The notes: generated by a model from the sequence alone, not told the origin. 64,000 nucleotides of DNA from Rhynchobatus australiae (GCA_034780895.1 JAUZTB010000070.1:10929573-10993572), one strand, 5' to 3'; counted from the stretch's first letter, positions 40,286 to 53,810 are shown. Program-made: numbers and translations.

Positions 40286-40335
40286 TTTAAACCGCCCCCA
40301 CCCCTACCCACCCCCCCCGTGTGGACCACCATTGG
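40286..40335 (-). promoter_or_regulatory. Candidate grin3b core promoter: CCAAT box, G-rich/GC box, TATA-like TTTAAA
   Basis: On the minus strand: CCAAT (40335-40331), GGGGGGGGTGGGTAGGGGTGGGGGCGG (40318-40292), TTTAAA (40291-40286). The order is canonical and points toward the gene. Confidence 0.45.
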
Positions 40336-40569
40336 TCACCATCTCTTTTGTGATATTAGCTCCAGAGATCCCTGAGTCAGAGAAATTCTGCTTCCTCAAC
40401 CTCTGCAGTGGTCGGTTGGGTTTCCCGTTCATTCTGGGAGGGAGGAAGGGGTGGGGGGTAGTTAGGGTGACCTGGTGGTGGAGAATTTGTGGGCTCCACG
40501 TGACTGCCTCTACGGTGACTCCATTCACCCCACTGTGTAGAATGTTTGAAGAGCAAGGCCTAAGACTGG

Positions 40570-41180
40570 GGGCAAAGCTTGTGGTCTACCTGGCAGCCAT
40601 GTCCTCTCTCCTTGTTTGTGTCTGAGTCATGGAATACCTCCACTGGGCGTCTCAAACCACTTATGAGTCAACACAAGTCCTCCAAATCCACTGGCAGCAC
40701 CAGCGTCCTCTCCCAATTCAGCAATTCCCGTGGTCGGGCCCTAATGACAGATGGTTGGCTATGATGGGCAAAGAAATTCTGCCTGATACCAGCCACCAGA
40801 AGTAATCACTCTGAACTCTGGAGATTACCAAACACACAGAGGAAAAGGCTTGTGGCGTCCCTCACATACCTCCTTGAAGTGCTACAATATTCCCACTGAT
40901 TCATGGGAATCCCTGGCACGACTGCACTAAGTGGAGAAGAACCTTTCAGGATGGCATTGAAAACCTCTCGTCCGTTTGTTGGGAGCACACAGAAGCCCAG
41001 GATGAACAACATTAGGAGTGGGCCACCTCCAAAATTCACCACCTCCCCTTCCAATCAACCACCTCCTCTCCAACCATGGCTGAGTCTGTGGGTCCCACTC
41101 CAACCTCATCTGTCACCTCAGCACCCAAAGGGTGGGAGTGGAATTGGGTTATCCTGAGCCCAAGGGACTGGCTGGGAAGG
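40570..41180 (+). mobile_element. RTE LINE 3' portion immediately upstream of the grin3b promoter
   Basis: SESWNT, RLKPL, ctccttgaagtgctacaatattcccactgattcatgggaatccctgg (KC.IPTDSWESL) and a gggact tail. Confidence 0.65.
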
Positions 41181-42099
41181 AGCAGTGTCGTGGAGTCAAG
41201 CTGTGACACAAGCTGTCAAGCATTCATCTTAAGGCTAGGGTTTTGTTTATTAACCTTTGGAGCAATGCAAGACTTCCTGTATTTCATTTAATCCATAGAA
41301 CTCGAAACTGTGAAATTCCTCTCTTAGAGATAAATATGAACAAAGAGAGAGGAACTAAATAACAAGATAGAGGACAGTCTAATAATTACATGTTCCACGA
41401 GTGTGGGTTAGTAGTAGGTTTAGCCTGGGGTTACTCCAGCAGAGTGCCAGACAAGCAGCAGTTTCTCTGCTGTAATGTGCTTCTGGAGTTCCACAGATTC
41501 TCAACGTGTTTGATATTGATCACCACTTCCTACCGAGTCATATCTTTTCCTGCTTCTTTCAATTTAGCTGTTCTGACTCTGCTGTTGACCTCTCTCTTAA
41601 TTCCAGATGATGAAAGGAAATTGACCCATTCTTTATTTTACCACATCTCCACGGTGCAATAGTTTGGGAGAAGAATCATGCACTCCAGAAATTAATGGAC
41701 CACTCACTCAAAAACAGCTCAGTCTAAAAATGGACTGAAAGCTAACTTTTTTTTTTAAACCTTTTTTTCCATTTGCTCCTTGAACCTATGCCTATGCTGT
41801 GTGATGGATGACAAAAACAGAGGCACTCCCATCAACACTGCTTGCTGCTTTCTCACCAATAGCAGGATACATGGTTTGAACAAGCAGTATGGGTTTTTCT
41901 CCACTGCCAGCGATATCTGTCAGCTGTGACACACACTATCAAACATCCAGTTTGTGAAGAAACCTAACCCTAGAAACCGAAATTATTTAGTTCAAGTGAG
42001 GGGAAATGACTCAGTGATTCCAGTTAGAAGATATTGTCTGAATTCACTCATTAACGAGGAATGCAAAAATGGGAGCTTTATCAGGTGTCAGAAAATATA

Positions 42100-43260
42100 T
42101 ATTGGATTGGTATTGGTTTATTATTGTCACATGTACTGACATACAGTAAAAAGATTTTTGTTTTGCATGCCAGTCATACAGATCATGCCATATGTAACTA
42201 CATCGCAGTAGTGGAAAGAAAACAGGATGCAGAAAACAGTGTTACAGTTACAGAGAAAGTGCAGCGCAGGTAGACAACTAAATTGCAAGGGCGACAATGG
42301 GGTAAATTGTTAGATCAAGAGTTCATCTTCGAGAGTATGAGACGTCCATTCATGAGCCTAATAACAGTGGGGTAGAAGCTGTCCTTGACTCTGGTGGTTC
42401 ATGCTCTCGGGCTTTTGTATCTTCTGCCCGACAGGAGAGGATAGAAGAGAGAATAACTGGGTGGGAGGGGTCCTTGTTTATGTCAGCTGCTTTCCCGAGG
42501 CAGCAGGAAGGGTAGGCAGAGTCAATGGAGGGGAGGTTCGTTTGCATGATTGACTGGGCTGCGTTCACAACTCTCTGTGGTTTCTTGTGGTCTTGGGGTG
42601 AGCAGTTGCCATACCAAGCTATAATGCATTCGGATAGGATGCGTTCTATGGTACATCTATAAAAATTGGTAAGGGGTCATCAGGGACATGCCAAATTTCC
42701 TTATCCTTCTGAGGAAGAAGAGGCGTTGGTGTGTTTTTTTGGACATAATGTGTGGGCTGGACCAGGACAAATTATTGGTGTCATCTACAAATTTATAAAT
42801 GGAGTTTGGCCACACGGTCATGAGTGTATAGGGAGTACAGTAGGGGGCTGAGGACACAGCCTTGCAGGACACAGGTGTGGAGGGTAATCGTGGAGGAGTT
42901 GTTCTTTGTTTTTACTGATTGTGGTCAGAAAATCAAGGAGCCAGCTGGAGAGGGAGTTGCAAAGTCCTAGATCTAGGAGTTTGGAGATGCATTTGTTTGA
43001 GATTATAGTGTTGAAGGCAGAGCTATAGTCAATAAATAGGAGTTTGACATAAGTTTCTTCATTATCCAGATGTTCCAGAGATGAGCGTAGGTCCAGGCAG
43101 ATGGCATCTGCCGTGGACCTAGTTTGGTAGTAGGTGAATTGGAGTGGGTTGAGGTTGTCTGGGAAGCTGGAGTTGATGTGTGCCAATGATCAGCCTCCCA
43201 AGCACTTCATCATGGTGGATGTCAGAGGCACTGGGAGATTGTCATTAAGGCACGTTACTT
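42100..43260 (-). mobile_element. Rex1/Babar-clade LINE, RT domain and 3' UTR
   Basis: LNPLQFTY..RSTADAI...LEHLD...VKLLFIDYSSAFNTI...WLLDFLT, YKFVDDT, QRLFFLRRIRKFGM; tail gtgacaataataaaccaatacca. Confidence 0.85.
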
Positions 43261-43387
43261 TATGAACTTGTTTAACAGCTCCCAAAAACAGGACACATCT
43301 AATGTTGCAATTATTCTACCCTCCTATTTAATCTCAATCCTCTTGTACAAATACTCTAACATGAGCTCTATAACAGCCACTTAATAC

Positions 43388-43582
43388 CGAAACAGAAATG
43401 GAAAACGGTGGAAACTCTCAGCAGGTCAGACAGCATCTGTGGACAGAGAAACAGTGTTATCGTTTCTGATCGTTGATGTGCATTTCTCTTTCAACAGATG
43501 CTATCTAAGGTGCTGAGTGTTCTTGGCATTTTTTTCTTTACATTTCTGATTTCCAGCATCTGCAGTTTTTTGGATTTTCATT
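43388..43582. mobile_element. Palindromic Penelope-derived element
   Basis: ctctcagcaggtcagacagcatctgtggacagagaaa ... tttctctttcaacagatgctatctaaggtgctgagtg inverted arms. Confidence 0.65.
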
Positions 43583-45009
43583 TACTAGACTTATTGTTGT
43601 TCCAAGTCAAACAAATGAAATGTCAGTGGCCAATACTCAAAATTACAAGCAGTATATCTGTTGAATAAATGTGATAGAAATTTATCATGAGTCATCCTCT
43701 GGACAGTGGTAAAGTTGTTGACTCTGTGTCAGTAGTATGTATTCCAACTAAGCACATGAAGAGTCATAATGATCATTCGAGTTGTCTCAGTTACCTCAAT
43801 GTTAATCTCACTGCTGTTTATGGGACTTCACAGAGTGTAGATTTCTCTACTTGACAGCAGCTATTATATATTGAAAGTTTCAAGCTTGAGCTCATGAAGG
43901 ACACTACATAAAGTTAGCGTTGTTCTTTGTTTTTCTCTCTTAATCACTTCTGTTATAGCGGATCGGAAAGAATGTAGCCATTCATAAAATGAGAAAAAAT
44001 CACACTTGTCACATTGATAAATCTCAATTCATCCAATGATCTTCTGACCCCATTTACACAGTTCCCTTCAGTGTTCATTGTTGGTAATGTATTCCAAATT
44101 CAGTTANNNNNNNNNNNNNNNNNNNNNNNNNNNNNNNNNNNNNNNNNNNNNNNNNNNNNNNNNNNNNNNNNNNNNNNNNNNNNNNNNNNNNNNNNNNNNN
44201 NNNNNNNNNNNNNNNNNNNNNNNNNNNNNNNNNNNNNNNNNNNNNNNNNNNNNNNNNNNNNNNNNNNNNNNNNNNNNNNNNNNNNNNNNNNNNNNNNNNN
44301 NNNNNNNNNNNNNNNNNNNNNNNNNNNNNNNNNNNNNNNNNNNNNNNNNNNNNNNNNNNNNNNNNNNNNNNNNNNNNNNNNNNNNNNNNNNNNNNNNNNN
44401 NNNNNNNNNNNNNNNNNNNNNNNNNNNNNNNNNNNNNNNNNNNNNNNNNNNNNNNNNNNNNNNNNNNNNNNNNNNNNNNNNNNNNNNNNNNNNNNNNNNN
44501 NNNNNNNNNNNNNNNNNNNNNNNNNNNNNNNNNNNNNNNNNNNNNNNNNNNNNNNNNNNNNNNNNNNNNNNNNNNNNNNNNNNNNNNNNNNNNNNNNNNN
44601 NNNNNNNNNNNNNNNNNNNNNNNNNNNNNNNNNNNNNNNNNNNNNNNNNNNNNNNNNNNAGCCTGTATTTACAGAAATTCAAATGTAAAGTTACTTTCAA
44701 AGCAAGTAGTTAGAATATGTATTTTGAGGCCATAAATGAACCTATGGGGTTCATCTCTTGTAGTTTGATATAAGTGCTTCCAGAAGTGATCATTTTCATG
44801 ATCTAATGCCACCTGTTCTCTGGTACCATCTGTTCTTGACTTGCCACTTCACCTGGTTGCAATATCACCCAATCTATCACACTCCACATCAGTCCACTGC
44901 TCTACAAATCCTGTTGACGGCACACACTTCCTGTGTCACAGCTGCAGATCTAGTCCCTGCGACACGTATCCAATCACATCCAATATTCTCTGATTCATGG
45001 TGAACAATG

Positions 45010-45610
45010 TTACAACAACGTTTCATTTTTATAGACCCTTTAATGCAGANNNNNNNNNNGCTTCACAGAAGCATCATCAAAAAAATTACCAACAATGCTT
45101 AAGAGATTACAACAAGTGATTGAAGACTTATTCAAGGAGATCGGTTTAAAGAAGATTTTTAAAAGACCAAAGCAAGTTAAAAAGATTTAGGGAAGGAATT
45201 CCAGAACTTAAGGCCATGTAAATGGTTTGCAGTGGAGGATGGTCAAAGATCAGAATTGGAGAATCAAAGGGCTGTTGGAAATTAAAGTGATGGGTCAGAG
45301 AGGGGGTGGGGGGAGTGGGGCCGAGAATAAATTCAGTACAAGAATGAGAATTTTAAAATCGAGTTTAATTTTAAAATGTTCAGAGAACAGAGCATGATAA
45401 AATCACCCAGACTAAAGATATCTCAGTGAGAAAACTTTTATAGCACTTGAGTAATAGGTAGAGAATGAAAATTTTACATGAGGATAGAGGGGTAAGAACA
45501 AGATGAGATGTCCAGAAGAGGAGAATGTACAAGTATGAGTTGGTGATAAGAGCCATGCACATTACTGCTGTGAGGGTCTGGTCAGAACAAAAAGTGAAAA
45601 ATACAGCCAG
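45010..45610 (-). mobile_element. L2-type LINE 3' portion
   Basis: caacaacgtttcatttttatagaccctttaatg...gatttagggaaggaattccagaacttaaggcc. Confidence 0.6.
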
Positions 45611-45749
45611 GCAGGTGGCTTTATTTGGGGAGAAGTTCACATCACCCTTTAATCAAAGATTTTGTCCATCATGGATGACAAAGGCCTTACTCACAACTGC
45701 AATGAGAGGTTCACAAGTAAAGGATACTTGCCTTCTTCTTCGTCCAACT

Positions 45750-45975
45750 CGGTTTTGCACTAACCCTGCGCTAATTTTGTATTCTGTACATACCATTTTC
45801 TGCACTATTTGTACTTGCAAAATTTTTTGTCTGCGTTTATTGTATGTCCTCTGTTCTATGTACGTCCTCTGTTGTGTGAGTCTGGGGGAAATGACATTTC
45901 ATTCCTCCATGTGTTTTAACAGCATATGGGTGAACGACAATAAAGTATAACTTGACTTGAACTTGACTTGACTTG
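45750..45975 (+). mobile_element. Rex1-type LINE 3' UTR with (acttg)n tail
   Basis: gtgaacgacaataaagtataacttgacttgaacttgacttgacttga. Confidence 0.55.
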
Positions 45976-47689
45976 AAATTCTGGGGCCTAGAAGCAGTGC
46001 TGGATGGGCTCGGCCCGTTTTTGGGGTGAAGTCAGATCCTGTCTGTGGGTGAGGCAAGGACACCAGAGTCCTACAGTTCGGAACATGGAGTACAGTAGTG
46101 GCTTGGATCAGGAGTGGCACCTTGGGGTGGTGGCTGATCGGGACTGGCAGTTAAGAAGAAGGGCTGGGAGATCCGGGACCCCCGTGGAAGGAAAGAGACA
46201 CTTGAGGACAAGCAGTTTAGAGGAAGGAGAGGATCAGGGGGTTTATGGTGGGCCTGGGATTTGGGTAATCCTACAGTTGGTAGCAGGCTTGACAGGATGA
46301 GGGCACAGCGGCGGTCAGTGATGAGAGGTGGAGTGGGTTGGTGCAATGCTGGGAGAGGGTGAGGGGTTGGTCACTACAAATACATTTAAGTAATACACTT
46401 ATCCAGCAGATATCCCAAGCCAGCGCTGTCCTGGGAAAACCATGTTATCCTTGGTGTGCCAAACAATAAACAGTCCTAGGACAACTTGGTGTAAATTCCT
46501 GTGAACTACTCCAGAAGGATAGCACCGGGAATGACATCCTTCCATGCACTGCAGTGTGGAAATCCCTCCCAGAAATGCCTGGTTATTTTCCAGAATGATA
46601 CACATTTCACCATGAAAACAAAAACAATTGAATTGCAAGGCAAAAATCTTTACTGACCTTGTCAATCACCAAACAGGTAACACGCAGCCAAAAATAAATT
46701 TCTATGTTGTTTTAGTGGTGCTAAGGTTGCATTAAGGAAGTAAAGGTTATTGTTAGTAAACTACATTTCTCCAGCGAATCAAAATGCTTTGATCAAGAGT
46801 TTATAAGTCCAATTAAGTTAATCAAAAGAATCTAAAATAGAAGGAAATCTAAGTCTGTGACTTCCTGCCTGACCAGCAATTAAGTTTTGACCTCAGCTCT
46901 TACTTACTCAGCAATAATTAGAATTTGTCATCCTAAAACCACAGCAGAATGCTGCAAGTACATTACACCATATAATTCCAGTGTTCTCTGAAGACAAACA
47001 TCACTCAATTTACCATTCTCAGTTCCAGAACAAATCTCAAGTATAAAAGTGCTTTGTATCCATCATACTTAGAATGTTAACTTTTGATCTGTCAGCTACA
47101 AATGCCAAATAATCTTAAAAAATAAAAAGATTGTCTGTCTGAAATATAGAGTCTACAATTTATAAGTGACAGCAATAATTTAAGATGTCAACACCTTGCT
47201 GAGGTTGANNNNNNNNNNNNNNNNNNNNNNNNNNNNNNNNNNNNNNNNNNNNNNNNNNNNNNNNNNNNNNNNNNNAAGATTCAGATACATATTGGGAAGG
47301 AATGTAACACCATTTTTAATTTGATCTGGGTTGTGCTTAGGGCTATTACGGAGTGTCTGAAATGGGAAAGCGCTCCACTTCCAACACTAACGTCCTTCAC
47401 TTGGAACAGTAGTTAGAGCAGCAAAGTGTTAAACAGTAGAAATAAGATCAAGCTTACAGATACAAATAAAATTTAAGTTTAGTGTGCAAAGTGCAGTCAT
47501 TATTTTGCTCACAAATTTACCAATTCATCCTCCTGCTGGTCTTTCTGTAGCCACATGTTTGAACTAAAATTACACCCCATTTCAATTTTTTTCCCTTCAT
47601 TCTGAATTTGTTTACAGACCTTACCCCCAGCAGACGTACATTTCAACACTTATCACGGTATCTGCCATTTGTTTGCCCATCCAAAGCCT

Positions 47690-48250
47690 TTTTCCTAGCC
47701 ACCAACCAACCATACACTCATCTATCCAGAATCCCTTGACAGCCCACCTATCCTTTCTTAACTATTTCAGAGTCCTTTGACCACCAACCAACTATTCATT
47801 CACCAGTCAGGAGTCTTTTACAAGTGCACTCATTGGTCATTTACCTTAACATCCATTAACAACCTATTCACCTATCCAGGATCCCTTGCCTACCCACCCA
47901 CTACCCATTCACCTATCTAGATACATCACCCACTCTGACCACTCATTCACCTATCCAAAGTCATTTATCCACCCATCCATTGGTTGTTCATTGAGATGCC
48001 TTGTCCGTTTACCCATCAATTACCTTCAGAGTCACTCGTCCATCTAGCAATTACTCATTCAACCATCCAGAGTCCCATCCACACCCACCCACTGCTCATT
48101 CACCTATCCAAATACCTCAGCCAGGCAGACACCCATCATTTACCTATCCAGGTTCCTTGACCAGCCTCCACTCTTCACCTACCTAAGATGCCCTTGCTGA
48201 TAGACCCACAGCTCACTGATCCAGAGATCCTTGGTCACCCATCCTCCACT
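47690..48250. repeat. Degenerate ~40-bp minisatellite (core CATTCACCTATCCAGAGTCCCTTG)
   Basis: Core recurs, e.g. at about 47719, 47866, 47906, 47944, 48056, 48097 and 48137. Confidence 0.7.
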
Positions 48251-48534
48251 CTGAGCCCTGCATTCCACTCACTTTTCATCCTGGTTCCACCAACAGACAT
48301 AATCCAGCTGGATTTCCGCCAATGGAAAAATGAAAACAAGTAAAAAAAAACTAAAACGAGATATTTCCTTATAAAATCTAACTTAATAGTTTAAGCATAA
48401 TAAAATCCAATTCAAGTATTTTTAAGAAAAATCCATGTTATTCCAAAAGCTCTTAAAGCATTAACAGACAATTTTATCCCATTTTATTTCATTGTTAATA
48501 TCAACTTTTCTTTCTAAGTTCCAATGCAATTTTC

Positions 48535-48810
48535 AACAACTACTTGCATTTATATACATAGTGTCTTTAATGCAGAAAATGAAGCAAAGAACTTCAAATG
48601 AGCATAATCAAAAACAGGAACTGAAGGACAGAAGGAAGCATTAGGTCAGGTGCATGAGTACTTGGTTAAAGAAGCTGGGTTTAGGGAGGACTAAAGAGGT
48701 GGAAAGATAAAGAGGTTTAGGGAGAGATTGCCACTGCTTAGTATCTGAATGGTTGAAGGTACAGTTGTCAATGTTGGGCTGACAGGAATATGGATAGTGG
48801 TGTGAGAGGC
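48535..48810 (-). mobile_element. L2-type LINE 3' end
   Basis: caacaactacttgcatttatatac...cttggttaaagaagctgggttttagggagg...agaggtttagggagaga. Confidence 0.65.
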
Positions 48811-50229
48811 CTAAGTTTAATCTTAACATTTTTTACAACATTAGTGGCTATCCCAAACAGTGGGGAAAAGGTCAATCTCTGTTAAACTAGTCTTTGAATG
48901 TGACCTTGCTCTCATATCCACTTCCTTAAATGCTTTTCTTTACTTCACCAAGTGCAAATGCTCCATACTGCAGTGTATTGTATTCATATCTTCTGATTTA
49001 CTGTGAAAAATGACATGGATCACCAATCAATAAAATAACAATTTTAAAAATAGAATGCATCTGTCATCTTTCAAATTGACTGTTAATCATCCTAGAGTTA
49101 ACCCTTCTACTGCTCCACACAGTTGTCCATGGGAATACTACATCATCCTGTGAACGATCTTAAGACCTTAGTTTTGATTTTTAAAATGTTACCTATTTTG
49201 ATACATTCTGGTCCAATAAGTAAATCTCACTCCAAGTTTAATTATTGATCAGCCTTGCACTTTTCCTTGAGAAGCATCTAACATTATTGTATTTTAGCAT
49301 TTCTGAAGAAAATCTCCCCTTTACAGCACGTAGATCAATTGCAGTTCCCTGGAATTGTCTTATGGGAAGATTTTGTGGTCCAGATGAAGACTTAGATATG
49401 AAAGCTTCCACAGTAATAAGAACTCAGGTAAGTTCTCTGTCAATTACATCTTTAAACCTGCATTTAGACTCAGGTCAGACATAAAGAAGTGACCTTGCTG
49501 TATCCCTACTGCATAGAATCTCGAAATTTCCCAAGTAGAAAGCATATTGTATACAGCCAATATGAGATCTGTAAAATATTTACAGATCCTTAAGGCTACT
49601 ATTTACAGAGCTGTGCAAGAAACAAGAGCTCCATAAAATTGTCAAGTGAGCAATTTTTAAACACTTTGATTTTTAGAGGAAGATTTCAAATAACATTTAC
49701 AGTAATTGTTTATAAAATGTGATTTCAACTGGGTAGCTATAAGTGGTCTTAGTGACACTAGCCTGGGTGTGAGGTAATGGTGATATCAGCCACAGCTCCC
49801 AGTTCTGATGACTAAGCAATGATTGCTGCTGAAAAGTGGGCATGTGATAAATGGATGAAAATANNNNNNNNNNNNNNNNNNNNNNNNNNNNNNNNNNNNN
49901 NNNNNNNNNNNNNNNNNNNNNNNNNNNNNNNNNNNNNNNNNNNNNNNNNNNNNNNNNNNNNNNTGATAAATGGATGAAAATAGGATTGGAATGATGGTCC
50001 CTTGGGAAAACAGCCCACTGAATCCAACGTCCAGGTTTTCACATGAAGGACTGCCACTTCAATGAAATGTAAAGGGGTGGTTAATGCTAATGGAACCTTT
50101 CCTCCAGCAGAGACTGAGGGAAGACTGTTCTAATAGAAGTGTGTGAGAAATGTGATATGAGCCAAACACTGCTAGTTTTAGTGTAAGAGTTATCTGGTGT
50201 CCATTGTGATTTAATCAGCTGGATTCTGC

Positions 50230-50590
50230 CTCCGAGAAGCTTTTAGGTCAATGTCACTCCGGATACTTAAGCTCAAGAATCTAGGCTGACACCCATTATA
50301 GGGCTGAATGCTGAGTGCGCACTGCTACCTTTCTGATGTTCAATTGGGTTCCTGGCTGCATCCTCAATGGATGTAAAAGAAACCATGGCAAGACAAGCCA
50401 AAATGTCCCAGTGGTTCTGCTCAAAATTCATCTGTCAACAAAATTACTGAAATGGATTATCTGTCATCATCACGGGGTTGCTTCTGGCATCTTGCTTATT
50501 ATCAGTGGGCAGCTGTGTTTCAGACAGTATGACACTGGTTCTAAAGGACTTTGGATCATCCCAAATGAGCTGCAAAATGTGCTTTTTAAA
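50230..50590 (+). mobile_element. Deu-domain SINE remnant
   Basis: aatctaggctgacaccc...tggatgtaaaagaaaccatggca...gattatctgtcatcatcac...ctttggatcatcc. Confidence 0.6.
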
Positions 50591-53479
50591 TCTACCTCTC
50601 CTTTTATATTTTGCTTCCATGTGCAACCATCTGGGTTCAGTGTTTGCCATTGAATAACTACATTTTGCCATTAAATGTTTGCCACTTAATAGCTACAGTT
50701 TTCTTTGGTGACTGAGATTAAGCAAAAAGATGTTAAATGTCTGATCTGTGTTGTATGGGGAGATTGGGGAGCAACTTGAAATCACAGGAGTGAGAGCACT
50801 CTGCCAGTTAACATCACAAAGAATCCAGCGCTCACTAAATAAAAAGACAAGTTGACTTCTAATCAATTCAGTCCTTGGGAGGCAACAGCCCTGATCCTAT
50901 TGCATGCAGTCCATGCTTTGCAATTTCAGCCCTACCTTAGATTATTAGCATCATGTGANNNNNNNNNNNNNNNNNNNNNNNNNNNNNNNNNNNNNNNNNN
51001 NNNNNNNNNNNNNNNNNNNNNNNNNNNNNNNNNNNNNNNNNNNNNNNNNNNNNNNNNNNNNNNNNNNNNNNNNNNNNNNNNNNNNNNNNNNNNNNNNNNN
51101 NNNNNNNNNNNNNNNTGAATCAGATGGTGATCATTGTCACTTAGATCTCAGCAATGTACATCAGAAGATCAATGGCTAGTGAAATTTACTTCATGTCCAG
51201 GATACAAAGAATTGCTGGACCAAGTGGGCAACCATTGGTTATATCTGGATCTTTGATACATATTTTGGGTGAGTATGAACTAAAGCCAATGATTTACGAG
51301 ATGTTGGAAGCACTGTATTATTCCTGAAGCAGCTATTTGGAAGCAGGTGCAAATTCTAGTTTGATAATAATTCTGTTTAATTTATCAATGATTTCTTTTT
51401 AGAATGGATACTTGTAATTGTGTTTTGGCTTTCTCCAATGCCCTCTATCACTGATCTGCTTAAAGTACTTCACTTGCTGAAAAGGAGGGTTTTTTTTCTC
51501 TAGGTCATTCAGTATGTCAGTAACATTGCCAAAGCATTGTTTAATGTTCTTCCTAATTGTCCTTGAGGAGGTAGTGTTGATCTTTTTATATTACTGCAGT
51601 CCATATGGTGAAGGTACACGCATCATATGGTTAGGTTGCAAGATACAGTCTTTCGGATTAGTGCTAATAATATGAGAATATTGTGTGATTTGGAGGAGAA
51701 TTTGTAGTGATGGTGTCCCTGTGACCCTGCTGATGAAGGTCTCCAGTTTGGATGGGAGCTGTTGAAGAAACCTTTTGTGAGTTGCTGCAGTGCACCTTGT
51801 AAATGTTGCACATGGCTGCTATTGTCTGAAAGAACTGAAAATTTAATGTGGTGCAAGGAGGGCTGAAAATCCTCAGAATACGTGTTTTAAAAACAGTACC
51901 ACAACTCGGATGCTTATAATTGTTTAATGCTGCAATTTCATGCAGGATGATCAGGGCACAACTGAGAAAAGATGTTCACATCCTGAACACTTCACATTTT
52001 GGGTCTGTTGTGCCATTAGGTTATAGGCCCACACATCTCAATTACNNNNNNNNNNNNNNNNNNNNNNNNNNNNNNNNNNNNNNNNNNNNNNNNNNNNNNN
52101 NNNNNNNNNNNNNNNNNNNNNNNNNNNNNNNNNNNNNNNNNNNNNNNNNNNNNNNNNNNNNNNNNNNNNNNNNNNNNNNNNNNNNNNNNNNNNNNNNNNN
52201 NNNNNNNNNNNNNNNNNNNNNNNNNNNNNNNNNNNNNNNNNNNNNNNNNNNNNNNNNNNNNNNNNNNNNNNNNNNNNNNNNNNNNNNNNNNNNNNNNNNN
52301 NNNNNNNNNNNNNNNNNNNNNNNNNNNNNNNNNNNNNNNNNNNNNNNNNNNNNNNNNNNNNNNNNNNNNNNNNNNNNNNNNNNNNNNNNNNNNNNNNNNN
52401 NNNNNNNNNNNNNNNNNNNNNNNNNNNNNNNNNNNNNNNNNNNNNNNNNNNNNNNNNNNNNNNNNNNNNNNNNNNNNNNNNNNNNNNNNNNNNNNNNNNN
52501 NNNNNNNNNNNNNNNNNNNNNNNNNNNNNNNNNNNNNNNNNNNNNNNNNNNNNNNNNNNNNNNNNNNNNNNNNNNNNNNNNNNNNNNNNNNNNNNNNNNN
52601 NNNNNNNNNNNNNNNNNNNNNNNNNNNNNNNNNNNNNNNNNNNNNNNNNNNNNNNNNNNNNNNNNNNNNNNNNNNNNNNNNNNNNNNNNNNNNNNNNNNN
52701 AATTCTTTATGGAAGGTTGTGAGCAGCAGTAGATTTTGGGTAACGACAAAAAAATCATGGAATCACAGAGAATTCTACCATATCTTATTCATACCAGCCA
52801 GAAGTAGCCTTTAAGTTAGGACTAGTTTCCAGCTTGTGTTTCATAGTCTTGTTAATTATGGTTCTTCAAGTGATCATCCAATTGCTTTATAAATGTGGCA
52901 AGGGATTTCGCCTCCATCACCCTATCAGACCTTGAGTTTCAGACTCCCACAACTCACTGACTGTAGACAATGAACAGGAATAGAAGTTAGCAGGCAAAGA
53001 GCTGGATTTGTGCAGATTTTTCAAACAGGAGTATCGTTTTAAAACAAGAGATTGAAAAATTGAAACAATTTCTCCATTTCTACTTGGTTAAAAGATGTGA
53101 CATGAGCCCTCAAGCATGTTGGGTTTTACTATTAGACATGGTTAGAACACGCAAACCAAGAGTTACGAATAGAACTGGTGGGCAGCTTATTGATGAAATG
53201 TCTTTCCAGAGTTTGGACTCTGTTTTGAATGTGCCGTCAACTTGATAACACAATATTTTGGCAAATTCAAAAGAAGACATCCAGATGTGATGTATTCTTT
53301 GAATTAGGATGCAAGATAAACTTCTCACAATCAGTAAGAGTTCAGGTGAAATGTGGCTCACTGATCTGCCTAAAACTTGCTACCCATCTCAAGATAGAAA
53401 AGTCAGTAGTTTTCTTAATCTTTATTGAACCATCTGATGAAGAACATGGAAAGTATGGGCCACTTTTCATATCTAACGA

Positions 53480-53810
53480 GCCACCTCTCAGCAAAGGCAG
53501 ATGTTGATGATGACGTTCACTGTAAACTTTAAGCACTAGTAAAACCTTTTGGCTGTGTGAGGGGAAGAATACTGGAAGATCAAGACCTAAAGCCCAGCTC
53601 ATGGTCTATAGGGAAGTCTTGATCTCTGCCCTCCTGTACACTCTGAGATATGAACTACCTACACCAAGCGCCTCGGAGCACTTGAGAGAGATCACCAACA
53701 TTGTTTCTGCAAAATCCCCCAAATTCATTGTGGGAATAAGTGACCAATGTCAGAGTCCTCTTCCCAATCCACCATCCCCAGCACTAAGGCTTTAATTACA
53801 CTTGGGTCAG
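53480..53810 (+). mobile_element. RTE LINE internal fragment
   Basis: EDQDLKP.LMVYREVLISALLY remnants homologous to 13.7 and 29.5 kb. Confidence 0.65.

Noticed and set aside
47690-48250. Repeat-spacer appearance resembling a CRISPR array
   Set aside because: Vertebrate DNA, degenerate units, non-unique spacers and no cas genes.
44014-52758. Long ORFs spanning N-runs (also at 3.3, 18.4, 21.7 and 39.6 kb)
   Set aside because: Artefacts of translating assembly gaps.
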